From Octopus sinensis (taxonomy: Eukaryota): a stretch of DNA of 64,000 nt. The stretch is from NCBI RefSeq assembly GCF_006345805.1, contig NC_042998.1, forward strand, positions 143,158,001-143,222,000, in the 5' to 3' direction. Below are positions 48,994 through 62,304 of this stretch, piece by piece. The notes under the pieces were generated by a model. That model was not told where the DNA came from, did no database searches, and was given only the letters and a program-made list of their open reading frames with translations. The translations under genes and the position numbers were made by a program. Position 1 is the first letter of the stretch; each line of letters opens with the position of its first letter.

Positions 48994-50192
48994 TCATCAT
49001 CATCATCATCATTTAACGTCCGCTTTCCATGCTAGCATGGGTTGGACGGTTCAACTGGGGTCTGGGGAGCCCGAAAGCTGCACCAGTCCAGTCAGATCTG
49101 GCAGTGTTTCTACAGCTGGATGCCCTTCCTAACGCCAACCACTCCGAGAGTGTAGTGGGTGATTTTATGTGCCACCGACACAGGTGCCAGACGAGGCTGG
49201 CAGACGGCCACGCTCGGATGGTGTTTTTTATGTGCCACCGACACAGGTGCCAGACAAGGCTGGCAGACGGCCACGCTCGGATGGTGTTTTTATGTGCCAC
49301 CGACACAGGTGCCAGAGGAGGCTGGCAGACGGCCACGCTCAGATGGTGTTTTTATGTGCCACCGACACAGGTGCCAGATGAGGCTGGCAAACGGCCACGA
49401 TCGGATGGTGCTTGTTACGTGCCCACAGCACGGAGGCCAGTCGATGCGGTACTGGCTACGGCCACGTTCGGATGGTTTTCTTATGTGCCACGTGCCACCG
49501 GCACTGGTACCACAAAGATACAAATTCCATTGATGTTCATCTATTTTGATTTGTTTTGATTTGATTTTCACTTGCCTCAACAGGTCTTTACAAGTGTCAC
49601 AAGAAGGAAGGTATGCACAGGTGGACTGACTACGTCCCAGGTAGGGGCCATGGGTTATGGCCTGACTAGTCTTGCCGGGTCTTCGGATGGTGTTTTTATG
49701 TGCCACCGACACAGGTGCTAGATGAGGCTGGCGAACGGCCACGATCGGATGGTGTTTGTCATGTGCCCACCGCACTGACTGATACTATCTATCTGATGGA
49801 TTTCTTGTGTGCCACAGGCACTGGTACCACAAGATACAAATTCCATTGATGTTCATCTATTTTGTCTATTTTGATTTGATTTGATTTTCACTTGCCTCAA
49901 CCGGTCTTCACAAGTGTCACAAGAAGGAAGGTATGCACAGGTGGACTGACTAGTCTTGCCGGGTCTTCGGAAGGTGTTTTTATGTGCCACCGACACAGGT
50001 GCCAGATGAGGCTGGCGAACGGCCATGATCGGATGGTGTTTGTTACGTGCCCACAGCACGGAGGCCGGTCGATGCGGAACTGGCTACGGCCACGTTCGGA
50101 TGGTTCTCTTGTGTGCCACCGGCACTGGTACCACAAAGATACATATTCCATTGATGTTCATCTATTTTGATTTGTTTTGATTTGATTTTCAC
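48994..50192 (-). mobile_element. Young RTE 3' UTR copy with four ~62-bp repeats and ~310-bp higher-order duplications
   Basis: (CAT)n at 48994-49011; reverse complement of 48380-48890; block repeated at ~49570-49890 and ~49890-50190. Confidence 0.85.
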
Positions 50193-50299
50193 ATATATAT
50201 AACGGGAAGCTTTATGAAAATAGACAAAAGACGAAGGCAGGTGGAAAACAAACGAACAATTGTATTAGTATGGCGCTCAGGAAATATAAATAAAACAAG

Positions 50300-50337
50300 T
50301 CTTTAACGTTTCGAGCCTACGCTCTTCAACAGAAAGA
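50300..50337 (-). ncRNA. Minimal type I hammerhead ribozyme motif (A6U core variant), helices intact
   Basis: TCTTT-CTGTTGA-A-GAGC-gtag-GCTC-GAAAC-GTT^AAAGA: 5-bp helix I, 4-bp helix II, palindromic AACGTT helix III. Confidence 0.65.
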
Positions 50338-50756
50338 TACACAGAGAGAAAAAAAACACAGAAAGAAGGAGAGAAAAAAAATGCGTGCAGTAGCTAACGA
50401 ATCAACATGGCGATCTGATTTCGGCCAGAGGTCAAAGATCAAACATGAGACGCGAGAGCGAAATAAGGGGAGATAATAGGGTTGATAATAGGGTTGAAGG
50501 ACCAGCTAATAATGTGTAGGAGGGCTCTGGACGTGTGTATGTATAGGGTTGGTGTATGTATTAGTATGTATAAGGGTGTGTGTGTGTATGAGAGAGTATT
50601 AGTGCGTAGGATTGGTCTGGACGTGCGTATGTATGGGGTTGGTGTATATATATATATATATATATATAGTTCAAATTTACAGAAAACAAAAGCCAAAGAT
50701 GGGTGAAGGAACAACAAGCAGGTTTATTAGTTTAACACTTATGAAAAATGGAAAAG

Positions 50757-50795
50757 TCTTTGATGTTTTGAGCCTACGCTCTTCAACAGAAAAGA
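50757..50795 (-). ncRNA. Second copy of the same hammerhead motif, decayed
   Basis: TCTTTT-CTGTTGA-A-GAGC-gtag-GCTC-AAAAC-ATC^AAAGA; two G>A changes at CpG sites. Confidence 0.5.
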
Positions 50796-53789
50796 TTGAG
50801 GAAAAAAGCAGAGAGAGAACAAAAAATGTGTAGGGATTAACAGTTCAACATGATGAAATTGCTGAACAAAAAACAGGCTTCTTTCAGTTTCTGTCAATTA
50901 AATCCACCCACAAGACACTTGTCTATGACGTTATGCAGTGGGACTGAACCTGAAACCATGAAATTGGGAAGCAAACTTTTTAATCACACAACCATGCTTA
51001 CAACTTTCAATTAAAAAAAACAATCTAATTGGAACATCTAGTCTTCATACATTTTCCAATGACATTAGTAATGTAAGCAAAGAAAATGGTCAAACTCAGA
51101 ACCAAATTTTGGACTTGGCTCAAAGTACAGGGGTGGCTATATGGTTAAGAAACCACATGGTTACAGGTTCAGTCCCACTGTGTGACACTTTGAGCAAGTG
51201 TCTTCCATTGAAACTTTCTGAGTGGATTTAGTAATCAAAAACTGATGAAACACCTGATGAATAGTATATGTATACACCTATATATGACTAATTTCAGTTA
51301 AATTGCTGTAGTTTATAACATTACTTTGATTCACGCAACATTGCATCATTAAAAGTTATTCATAATTAGATCACTAGTAAATTAAACAGAGCATCACAAC
51401 ATTTCAAAGATGGTTCAAGAACATCTAAATACTACTTTTAGCTCATCAAGTTCTGTGTTCTCACACACACACACACAAACACATGATGACAGATTTTCTT
51501 TTCATGAACGACAAGTGAGGGTTCAGTAAAATGAAGCATTAATCATGTTCTATGGACACAAAGGTGTCTCTTGACACCTGCTGATGCCTTGTAAACCTTT
51601 TGGCAAATGAAACGAGTTAAGGATTCAGTTTGTTTTAGTGCTTGTGGATTATTTACTATGTGTTTTATTAAGTGGGTGGCAGGCCTGCTTTACTTCATGC
51701 CACAAAACCACAATGACAGGGAAGGTTTCCATTTAGAGGAGCAGTGTTTTGCCTGTGTGCCTTCATGATTGCACACAAAATTGGTCCTGATGTTGGAGTC
51801 AACTTTACTCTAATCTTTGAACTGAGAAGCAGGACTGACACCAGGTTCTGTGTTCTGATGCTCTGTTTTTCCAGGGAACGTTGTATTGCTTCAGATTGTC
51901 TGTGGCAACATGTCCTGTAACTGCCTTACCATCCATCAAAATCACAATGGCTGAGTACACAATAGAGCATGAATGTTATCTTTTCTGTTTTTAGCAATAA
52001 ATCCAGATTATTTGACCCAATTACAGCTAAATATAGTCTTTTGTTTCAGTATTTCTTTGAAGGTTTTAAAATGAAACAAAACAAAATAAGTATCAGCCAC
52101 TCCCCTCTGTGACCCTGGGCAGATTTTTTTTTTTCATGTATGTCAACATGACTTCCACACTGCAAGATAACAGTGAGTTGCTAGCAAAAAAAAAAAATAC
52201 ATGCCATCATGCTTTAAATTGTTAAAAACTGTATCTGCCTTATTTTGATTGACAAATCATTAACCCTTTAGCATTCAGATTGTTGTCAAATGTACTGTTT
52301 GTTTATTTACATTCTTTTGAATTAATCATGCATTATCTTGTAGCCTTAAGATTTCAATGATGTGATTGTTTGCTTTTAGTATGACATTGTAGGGTAGGTA
52401 TAAGAGACTGGATTTGGCCAGTTAGAGCATTAAACAAAGAATATTTTAGCCAGATATGGCCAGTTTAAATTCTAGTATCAAATAAAATGCATTGTGCTAT
52501 TTAGTTATAGAACCTTTACATTCTGAGTTCAAATCCCACCATGGTCAACTTTGCATTTCATCTTTCCAAAGCCAATAAAATAAAGTACCAGGCATATATT
52601 GGGATCAATATAATCTACTGTAACTCTCCCATAAAATCTATGGCCTTGTGCCTATGTTAGACATAATTACTTGGCAAAGTCATTAAAATACATGCAAAAT
52701 GCCTTGCGGTATTTAGTTAGACCTTTATATGTTCAGGGCTTAAATTTCCCTAAAGTCAACTTTGCTTTTCATCCTTCCAGGGTCAATAAAATATCAAATT
52801 TTTGGCTTGATAATAAAAGATTTGACCCCTTCCCAATTTAGAGTCTTGTACCTATGTGTGGGAGGGACCAATTGCTATAAATCATAATAGTTACCAAACT
52901 ATACAACTCAATTACTTCAAGTCAACAATGTAGACCCCACGTAGTTGTCCAGTCTGCTAGAAATACCAGCCAAATCTCTTTCAAGTAATCTGAAAAAGTC
53001 CTACACACCCCCAAACAGATGAAATGTTCATAGTGAGAATGCTTTTGATCATAGGTCCCTGAGGACTAATGAAAAACACATTATCATGTTATTACAATTA
53101 ATACTTGCTTACGTTTGGAAGTTTCAAAGTTTTGAGGAGTGTGGAACTGCTTCTTAGTCACTATTGTTCCCAGATCTGATCCAGAATAGTTGTACCTATC
53201 AGGGTCCTAGCTATAGGTCAATTAGCATGCTGCAGAATTGCCTCTGGAAGGTCATTCACAGACACCCTAACAGGCCCAGAGCAAATGGAGCCCTTCAGCT
53301 CCTTAACTATTCATCTATGAGAAAGTAACTCCATACAAATCAGTAAATTAACCCATGGGATAATCCACTGGCATTTAAAAGAGCCTAAGGGAATAACTCC
53401 TTGTAAAAAAAAACAGAAGGAAAGACCTCAAGTCAGATATATACAGTTATACCTAAACAATACCTAGCATTTCCTGTGACTTCCATGGATACTGCAAATG
53501 CATTGACTTGTAGTGTATCCATGAGTGGAAAGGCAGTAAATGTACATAAGGTTAAGCACTTGCTTCTGGAAACAGCCCAGGTACAGTAGAGTTGGTGAAA
53601 TTACTGTTTCTACAATACCTCTGACAACATTGAAAAAGGTCAACCATGTTTGTTAAGCTTTCTTCCCTCAGAATTGTAGGGATGGCCTGTAAGACAGTTC
53701 ATACAATTACTTAAAAATAGTCATACAGTCACATGTATTTTATTTTTACATAGATTTAATCTAATTTTTAGGTAATTTTAGGATTCCTA

Positions 53790-54152
53790 TTTATCTTTTA
53801 TCTTTTGCATGTTTTAGTCATTGGAGTGTGGCCAGGCTGGAGCACCATCTTGACAGCAGTATTTATTTTCTAGTCTGATATTTATTCTATAGACCTTTTT
53901 TTATTTTTTTTTTTTGCCAAACTGACATAAAATAACCAACACTGAATATCAATCAAACAGTGGTGGGAGACAGACACACATATACATGTGTGTGTGTATA
54001 TACACACACACACAACAAGTTTCCATACATCTACCAAGTTCACTCACAGGGCATCAGTCAGCCTGGTGCTATATCAAGACATTTGCTCAAGGTGCCATGC
54101 CATGGAACAGAACCTAAAACTACTTGGTTGCAAAGCAAGCTTCTTACCACAC
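53790..54152 (-). mobile_element. SINE family A diverged copy
   Basis: Reverse-complement tail and head blocks. Confidence 0.75.
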
Positions 54153-54487
54153 TTCCATTTCATAAATAATAACAAAAAACAATGGTCAAAAATATAAATG
54201 ATGCATAGTTTTAGTTAAAAATCATTGTTTATCTGGATACTTGTATTCTTAGTCATGAACATATTCAAACAGTAAGTTAATTTTGTCATTAGCCTAAGGA
54301 TTAAACAGATTTAGACAATGAGCCCCTAAAAATAGACATACATAAGTGCCTGAAAAATAAAGAGATTTCCAGGCCAAAATAACAGTTTCTAAGCAACCAA
54401 TCATATGTAACATTTATTATTATTCTCTGAGTAGTATAAAGGATAGTTAAGAGCAGAACAATTTACAATAATTTTATCCCTTAGTTA

Positions 54488-55978
54488 GATGTGGCTGTAT
54501 GGTGAAAAGCTTGCTTCTCAACCACATGGTACAGGTTCAGTCCCACTGAGTGGCACCTTGGACAAAAGTCTTCTACTATAGCCTTGGGCCAACCAAAATT
54601 TTGAGTGGATTTGGTAGAGGTAGACAGAAACTGAAAGACTGTTTTTTATATATATATATAAATATATATATATAGAGAGAGAGACAGAGTGATACCTCAT
54701 AGCACAAGTTATCCCATTATCTTCTCAAATACAGGTGTCTGAGACGCAAATCCTTTGAAGTCTCTTTGGGATATGCAGTCAGGCCACAGTTTCCTCCATG
54801 CAGAATTCAGCATTCTCCTTATTACACCCTACCAGGCTATATTGATGATTTTCAGGCAGTTTACAATGTTGTAGTGCTCCTTCCAAAACTAACAACAAGT
54901 TAGATTTGTATTTTCAGTGACTTCAAAGCACCAATGAAACAGGTGTTTGGTGTACAATTTCTTAAAATTAGAAATCACCTGTTGGTCCATGCATGGGCTG
55001 CAAGATAGGGTTGGTGTTGGGTGAAAGGTACAGAACTTTTATGAATTTAAAATTTCATCTTCAAGGTTAGGAGGGTGAGGAGAAGCGTTGACAAGGATGA
55101 GGAAGATCTTGAGGGTTCTGCTTCAGGAGATCCCCATACAGTACTTGTGCTTCCTCGCAGATGATAGTCTCCATAACCATATCCCCTGCAAGTTGCTTCT
55201 CGTTGATCCACAGAAGCAATTTTTCCATCCTTTTGTGGACATGTGTGCATTGCTTAGAGAGCCTGGAGACACCCTCTGTTATTGTAACAGCCTCGATTTT
55301 GTCCTTCTTCAGGATGGTGCAGATTGTCGACATGCATCGTTCACAACACACACTCCTCTCTCATGTTTATCAATGATTTCCTTCTTCAATTCTATCGTAA
55401 TCAGCTTTTACTTCTTCTCAGCACGGTCCTTTGCACTAACCTTCTTAGGACCCATGGCTAATACAACTAATCATTATAAAATGATAGCAAAAAATGCACA
55501 AAACTAAACAAAAACACTGGGAAAAAAACAACAGGGATACTACAACGAGATAAACATGTTAACTGAGCGGAGACTTCGCTTGTTGGGAGAGCGTATGAGC
55601 TTAGCACCAACTAGCAGTCACTTGTATGAAACTTGTTTGTACTGCGGATTTCCACTCGTACTTCAAGACAAAAATTCACACGAGCCTCAACACATACAGC
55701 AAGTTATCTGTACAATGGTGTACTCGTACTGCAACATTCTACTGTATATATGTGTGTGTGTGTGTGTCTTTGTGTTGTTCTCCCATCACCACCTGACAAC
55801 CAGTGTTAGCGTGTTTACGTCTCTGTAACTTAGCAATTCAGCAAAAGAACCGGCAGAATAAGTACCAGGCTTCAAAACAAAAAAATAAGTACTGAGATCA
55901 ATTCATTCAACTAAAAAATTCTTCAAGGCGGTGCTTCCAGCATGGCCACAGTCTACTGACTGAAACAAGTAAGAGATA
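54488..55978 (+). mobile_element. SINE family A split in its microsatellite (head ~54488-54640, tail ~55747-55978) by a Tigger element
   Basis: Head and tail are colinear with intact copies once 54680-55744 is removed. Confidence 0.75.
54680..55744 (-). mobile_element. Tigger/pogo (TIGD1-like) DNA transposon, internally deleted pseudo-transposase (ATG at 55455)
   Basis: MGPKKVSAK..KLITIELKKEII (CENP-B N), MEKLLLWINEKQLAGD (HTH), LYLSPNTNPILQPM-DQQVISNFKKLY (DDE_1, 4-bp CATG duplication), LNSAWRKLWPD; terminus TA|CAGTAGAA. Confidence 0.92.
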
Positions 55979-56592
55979 ATGATAGTACTCATGCTGCCAA
56001 AGACTGACTGTTGCCACTCCAAAATTATTAGGAGTACCAATAATAATACTCTTTTCATACTGAAAATGGTCTTCAAAAACAAAAATAAAATTATTTTGCA
56101 AGCTTAACCCTTTTGTTACCATATTTCTGTGTTTGTTTCAATTAATTTTGAAAATAATGAAGAATTTGGTAAAATAATTTTGTCAGTATTCTGTTGGTGA
56201 TTGGAACATAAGTATGAGATTTTGATAGAAGATTCTAATTTAGATCATTTTAAAATGTTAAGTTTATATGAGAGATCCAAGGCTGGTGGGGGGGGGGGTC
56301 AGGCAGGTTGATATCAAGACAGTTAAATGAAAAAATATGTTGCACTAAATAGTTAAATGGTTTGATATCAAGTTTTATGACAGATATAGTTCTATGTTCA
56401 AATTCTGCCTGGATCAAGTCTTTTTTTCATCACTTGGGGATTAATAAAGTATCGATATTGAATGCATTCTTTCTACAAATTGTCAATCAACTCAGTATAA
56501 ATCTTCCAAATAGTGAGAACATTACAATAGCAGACAGTGTGTTGCAATCCTCAACAAAAGAAGTGTTAAACTGAAATTCTAAGATTTTAATA

Positions 56593-56948
56593 TAGGTGCA
56601 GGCATACCAATGTGTTAAGTTTACTTCCCATGCACATGATTCTAGGTTCAGTCCCACAGCGCAGAACCTTCTACTATAGTTTCGGACTGACCAAAGCTAT
56701 GAGTGGATTTGGTAGACAGAAACTGAAAGAAGCCCATCATGTGTGTGTGTGTCTGAGTCAGTGTTAGTCCCTCACAACCACTTGACAACCAATGTTGGTG
56801 TGTCTGCATCCCCGTAACTTAGTGGTTTGGCAAGAGACTGAATAAGTACCATGCTTAAAAAAAAATTTGTGGCCAATTCATTCAACAAAAATTTTCATGG
56901 CAGTGCCCCAGTATGGCTGCAGTTGAATGACTGAAACAAGTAAAAGAT
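56593..56948 (+). mobile_element. SINE family A full-length copy
   Basis: Head, (TG)n, tail gactgaaacaagtaaaaga. Confidence 0.85.
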
Positions 56949-58134
56949 AATTAAGAAATATTTTTTTAAGTATTTTACCAGAGAAAAAAATTCTTATCAC
57001 TACAAACTTCAGCTTAGCCATAAAGGGAATCTTAAACAAACTGTCTACCTTATTACAAAGCTAAAAGAATAGTGTTATGGTTCATATATTTTTCATGTGT
57101 GTTTCTATGGTACTTCATATACATCACCATCTAACCCATAACCCATGCTAGCATAGGTTAGATGGCAATGTATTTATAGTTGGATGCCCTTCCTGCTGCC
57201 AACCCTAACTGATTCTTCAAGTAAGGAAATTCTTTTAATTCACAGGTTTTTGAAAGCACTGAGTAAGAGGATGTCAAAGCTGACAATGGAGCTCAACAGC
57301 CTTGAGTCTGCCAGATCCTGTCAAACCAGCCAACCCATGCCAGCAAGAATGGAAAGTGGATGTTAAATGATGAGGATGATGAGATATGTGTGTGTGTGTG
57401 TGTGTATGCACTTGCACACATATGAACGTGCAAATATGCATGAATGTTGATATTTTGCTAAATCACCGTTTGAGCAATGTGGTGCTCTTGTTGACATTGT
57501 AACACCTGTAACTCTGCACTTTCAAAGACCTCTAGTATATAAAAATCCTGTACCTGAAAAACAGACAAAGGTTTGTGACAGGAAGAGCATCCAGTCGTAA
57601 AATCCATTCTCAAAATCAATTCCTGTCCAAACTACGCTAGCATGGAAAAAACAAATGTTAAACAATTTGAATATATTTTACAGAAAGAAAAAAGAAATGA
57701 CACCAACATATCTTCATTGCTGGTTCAACACTTATTTCTTTCCTATAAGTGAGACATGTGTAGGCTAAGTATTTTATTTGGCATAGTTCTTGCAGCAGAT
57801 TATGTTCTTCAACTGCATTAATATTATAGTGTATTCATAGAACCACTTCTGAATTTCAAAGTTCTCTTGAACTTGTTATATGTCAAGTTATTATTATTTA
57901 GCAATATCTAACAATAAAGGTACAGAAATAGCTGGGTGGTTAAGAAATATGCTTCTCAACTACATGAATTCAGGTTCAGTCCTACTGAATGGCATCTAGG
58001 GCAAACATTCAGCTGCTATAGCCCTGGGCCAACCAAAATCTTGAGTGAATTTGGTATAGAGAAACTAAAAGAAACCCATTGTGTGTGCATGGATGGATGG
58101 ATAGACAGATAGATATTGCTATCCATTCATCATC

Positions 58135-58350
58135 TCTGCCCACTATTCTTGGTAAGATCATGGAACAGAGTCCTCAAGCACCTCCTCCTTAGGGACCTAT
58201 CAGAAACAACCATCATTAGACTTTCTGGCTTGATCCCAAGCATGACCAACTGAGACTATGGATATTATCCAACAATCTCATTTTTAGCCTATCCTTAGGT
58301 CTCCTGTTGCTTGGCTCAGGTTGAAGAATCCATCTTGCTACTCTTTCCTG
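58135..58350 (-). mobile_element. RTE/Expander(Rex3)-like LINE C-terminal fragment
   Basis: Minus strand ARWILQPEPSNRRPKDRLKMRLLDNIHSLSWSCLG resembles RPRGRPRTRW.D.I..L.W..LGI. Confidence 0.6.
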
Positions 58351-59351
58351 CAACATAATATGTATATACACATACACACGTGTGTGTGTGTGTGTTTACA
58401 TTTGTACTCTATAAAAGTTACTTGTGATGAGCAGTTGTGTGGATCCTGCCTTCAATGATGTGGGAAATAAGAGACACACCCCCTTACTTGAAAAACAGTT
58501 AAGGATTAGCCACAGAAAGAGCATCCAGCTACACAGACATTGGAGTACATTGCAGTCCTCAGATACACTGGATCCTGTCAAACCACCATGCCAGCAGAGA
58601 AGATAAATGTTTTGAATAAGGGGAAAAAATCCAAAGTGTAAAAGTGAACTCTCCAGGTGGTTGTAGTAGTGAACTACTAGCTGATAAACAAGTTTTAATC
58701 TACTGGTAATGTTTTTGTGTCTTGTGAGTAAGTACATTTAATTCTCCACAGTTCATTTAGTTGATAGTAATCAATACTTTTCATCTGGTAATGTTATGGT
58801 TTCTCATCCAAGGAGGTTTATTTCTCATCTGTTTAAGCCCCAGAATAATAAAAGCTAAAGCACTGGCTCTCAGAAGCACCTTACGAATTTCATAACTTGA
58901 ACTACACCCTGACACCTCAACACCATCTTTTTCCAGTCAGGATAGCTATGCATCTACAACAAAACACCTGTTCCTCTACCATATGTTAACCTCCCTCAAT
59001 ACTACTACTCAGTTGAGAGCTCTTGCAAATTACTTGGTATCTTACAAGTGCCAACACCACAAAGAAAGCACCCCAGTACACTCTGTAGAATGAGTGACAT
59101 TAGGAAAAGACATTCAGCTGCAGAAACCATACCAAAGTAGACACTGGAGCTTGGTACAGTCCCCTGATTCATTGGTTTCCAAACAATCCAAATCATGCCA
59201 CCATGGAAAACAGATGTTAAACAATGATGATATGCCATACATAGTAAATAGGTTGAGGTATACTATTAGATTTTAGTCAAAATCTCAATCAACAAAATGA
59301 AATAAGAAATAAAAATGAGATGAAAGTTGATTATCTGTCATGTAAATATTA

Positions 59352-60470
59352 ATAATGGGGCTGTTCTAAAAGTAATGCAAAAGTGGGCATAACTTTATCA
59401 TTAATTGATAAAGTTCATTCTAATTGCAGATAGAGGAAGAGTAACTCTTCTTGTTTTTCATTGCAGACAATGGATTTCAAGCAGAAACAACATGCCATCA
59501 TTCTGTTCTTGATGAAAGAAGAGTGCAGGCTAACATCCAGACAGCTATAAGTTGTTTACAGAAATGACACCATTGACAAAAGCAGTCTGCACAGCTGGAT
59601 GAGGAAGTTTGAAGTAGAAACTGACATTGAAGACAAACCATACAGTGAGAGACCATCAACTGCAACCACTAACAGGAATCACTAGTAAGGAGACAAAATA
59701 ATTCACACAGTCAAGCAAGTCAAAATGCATTATATAAGATGATGGAAGACTTTGGATATCAGAAAGTGTATGCAAATTAGGTACCTCAGGAGAGGAAGGG
59801 GGAATTCTGTTCTGATCTGCTGTAAGCATTTGAAGTAAATGAAGACATGCATTTTTTTTTTCCAATTTGGTGACAAGGAATGAAATGTAGGTGTATCTTT
59901 AAGGCCTGGAAATAAAGGCTGGCCTATGAAATAGTGTCACACCTCATTTCCATGGTGTAAGAAGTTTGGGAGACAGCAACTGGTGCAAAAGTCATGGTGA
60001 CTGTTTGTAGAGATGACAAGGGGATCCTTTTCCTTAATTGTATGTAATGTGATTGTATTCTGAGCAGTGAGTAGCACATTCAGACACTCACAAAGTCATT
60101 AAGAGGAAGAGACCCAAGAATCTGAAAACAATCCGCATTCACTATGACAATGAGAAACTACACGTTAGGCAACAAACCAAGCAACTAATTAGTAGTCTCC
60201 TATCCACTCCACTGTACAGCCCAGATCTGGTACCCTCCAACTTCCATCTGTTCAGTACAATGAAGAATAGTCTTCATGGACCATGATCTGATGACAAAGA
60301 TGAGTGAAAATGATTGTGAAGAAGTAGGTACAACAGGTTGCATCTAAATTTTTTTGAAGATTTGAGTTTGAATCAACAATGTTGCAAATGCATCTCTTAT
60401 GGAGATTACGTCAAGTAGAACTTTTTAGAGGAAAAACTACTCTTAACATACTTTCAGTAGAATCCTCTTA
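59352..60470 (+). mobile_element. Near full-length decayed mariner element
   Basis: MDFKQKQHAIILFL..IEDKPYSERPST; LGYQKVYAN*VP; LVTRNEM*V; HYDNEKLH; LYSPDLVPSNFHLF; degenerate TIR-like ends. Confidence 0.85.
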
Positions 60471-62304
60471 ATTGAATAAAAATAAATTAAGTGAATGAGG
60501 AGTCCAGAAAAAAACTAGTATAAAAATTCCATTAAAAAAAGGTATGGAAAAAAAGGTATGGCAAACTCCACAAGCTACAGGAAACCTTATCTAAGATGGC
60601 ACTATCTCTGAACAAAACCTATACAGGATAATGGGGGTCCTTTAGTCATGACCTACTTTTAGGTCAGAAAAGGAACTTCAGGGAAGGCAGGGTTGGGTAT
60701 AGTGATAAGTATAGTGCCTGAAGGGACTGAATAGAAAATAGATGACAAGGAGGAAGAAAGATGTAAGAGGTGGGAGGACTTTTATGAAGGTGACACAAGA
60801 CCAGCTAATTCTGGGGAGCAGAGTCCATTGCTGTAGCACACTAAAATGCACTCAATCAACACCATAAAGTAGCTGGTGATAGGAATGATATTCATTGTAC
60901 ATGACATGCAAAAACAATGTATGTACTACAACATCAAAGGTTGGTAACTTTCTCTGTTGCTGTGTCTCTCAAATGACAAAGGAACAAAACAAATGAGATG
61001 TACTACCCATATCAGCATAGAAAAACATCTAAAATGAAGATGGTAAATAGTTACAAGAGCAAATGACAAAGCTGAAATATACAGAACTGTTTATAAAAGG
61101 GTTTTCAAAAGAATCTAACAAGATTAGAATAAAAATTCAGTTTAGCAATGTATCAAATGGATGCAGGATTGCATGTCTCCTAAGACTACATGATTAAGAA
61201 GTCTGCTTCCTAACCATGTGGTTAAGTTTCTTCTAAAGCCAGGGTTGACTAAAACCTTGAGAACAAATTTTGTAGAGAGAAACCAAGAAGCCCATCATGT
61301 TCATATGTGTGAGTGTGTGAATGTCTACATTTGTGTCTCCTTGTCTCATCATCACATGATAGTTCTAAATAAGTGTCCCTGTCATACAGACAGTGTCTTT
61401 CATTAATAATATTCTGTAAAAACATGTCTGGTCATGTGGAAATATTAACTTGCTTGAAAACAAGCAAGGCTTTGGCAATGGAGAGTACCTGGTCATAGAC
61501 AATCTGCCTTAATAAACCCCATGTATATTAATATGATGACTAGTGGCATGTAAAAGAACACCCATTACTCTTGGAGTGGTTGGCATTAGGAAGGGCATCC
61601 AGCCATAGGAACCATGCCAAATCAGATTGGAACCTGGTGTAGCCCTAAAGTTTACCAATTTCAGACAAACTGTCTAACCTATGCCAACATGGAAAGCAGA
61701 CACTAAATGAAGATGATGATGATAGAAAAACACCAACATTAAAATACTAGCATTTGTAATGCTAGTCACAAAAACTTTACACTTAAAAGTAAAGTAATAA
61801 TTCTAAAATGTGGATTCTTAGTTGAAGTATAAAAAGACATAGAAAGAGAACTTGTGGGGTTAATGTTTATTTAAAGCTACATACAATGGAAAATACTGAG
61901 GAATGGGATTTTGTTTTACAAAGGGACTGCAGGCAGATTTAGTAGAGAAGGCAATGAAATTAATGAGTGCACCTGTAGAGCAGGAATAGCCTTGGGTGAG
62001 CTGACAGACAATTAACACTGTTAAACATGATGTAAGATAAATTATGCAGTCAAAACCACCTGCAAAATACAATCTGTAACCTGCAAATTTGAGTCACTCA
62101 AAATCCTCACTAGGATAGTCACAATAAGACATACTTTTATCAGACCCAACACATTAACATTAGAAGTTACAATGTTATTGCTGTAGTTGTTGTTTAGCTA
62201 TTGCTCAGTTGTGATTGAACAGTCATATAAAACAATGGTAATTAAGCTGGATGCTGTTGTGTATAATTTTAGGTATTTTGTAAAATTTTATAAACAGCTG
62301 TTGA

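Larger units (their letters stand above)
50200..50853 (-). mobile_element. Two related Penelope-like terminal segments in tandem (about 50200-50645 young, 50668-50853 older), each beside a (TA)n run
   Basis: Homologous blocks aagtcttt(a/g)a(c/t)gttt(c/t)gagcctacgctcttcaacagaaa; each holds a hammerhead motif. Confidence 0.65.

Noticed and set aside
48392-50170. Many overlapping 67-176 aa ORFs
   Set aside because: Artefacts of GC-rich tandem repeats in RTE 3' UTR copies, open in several frames on both strands.
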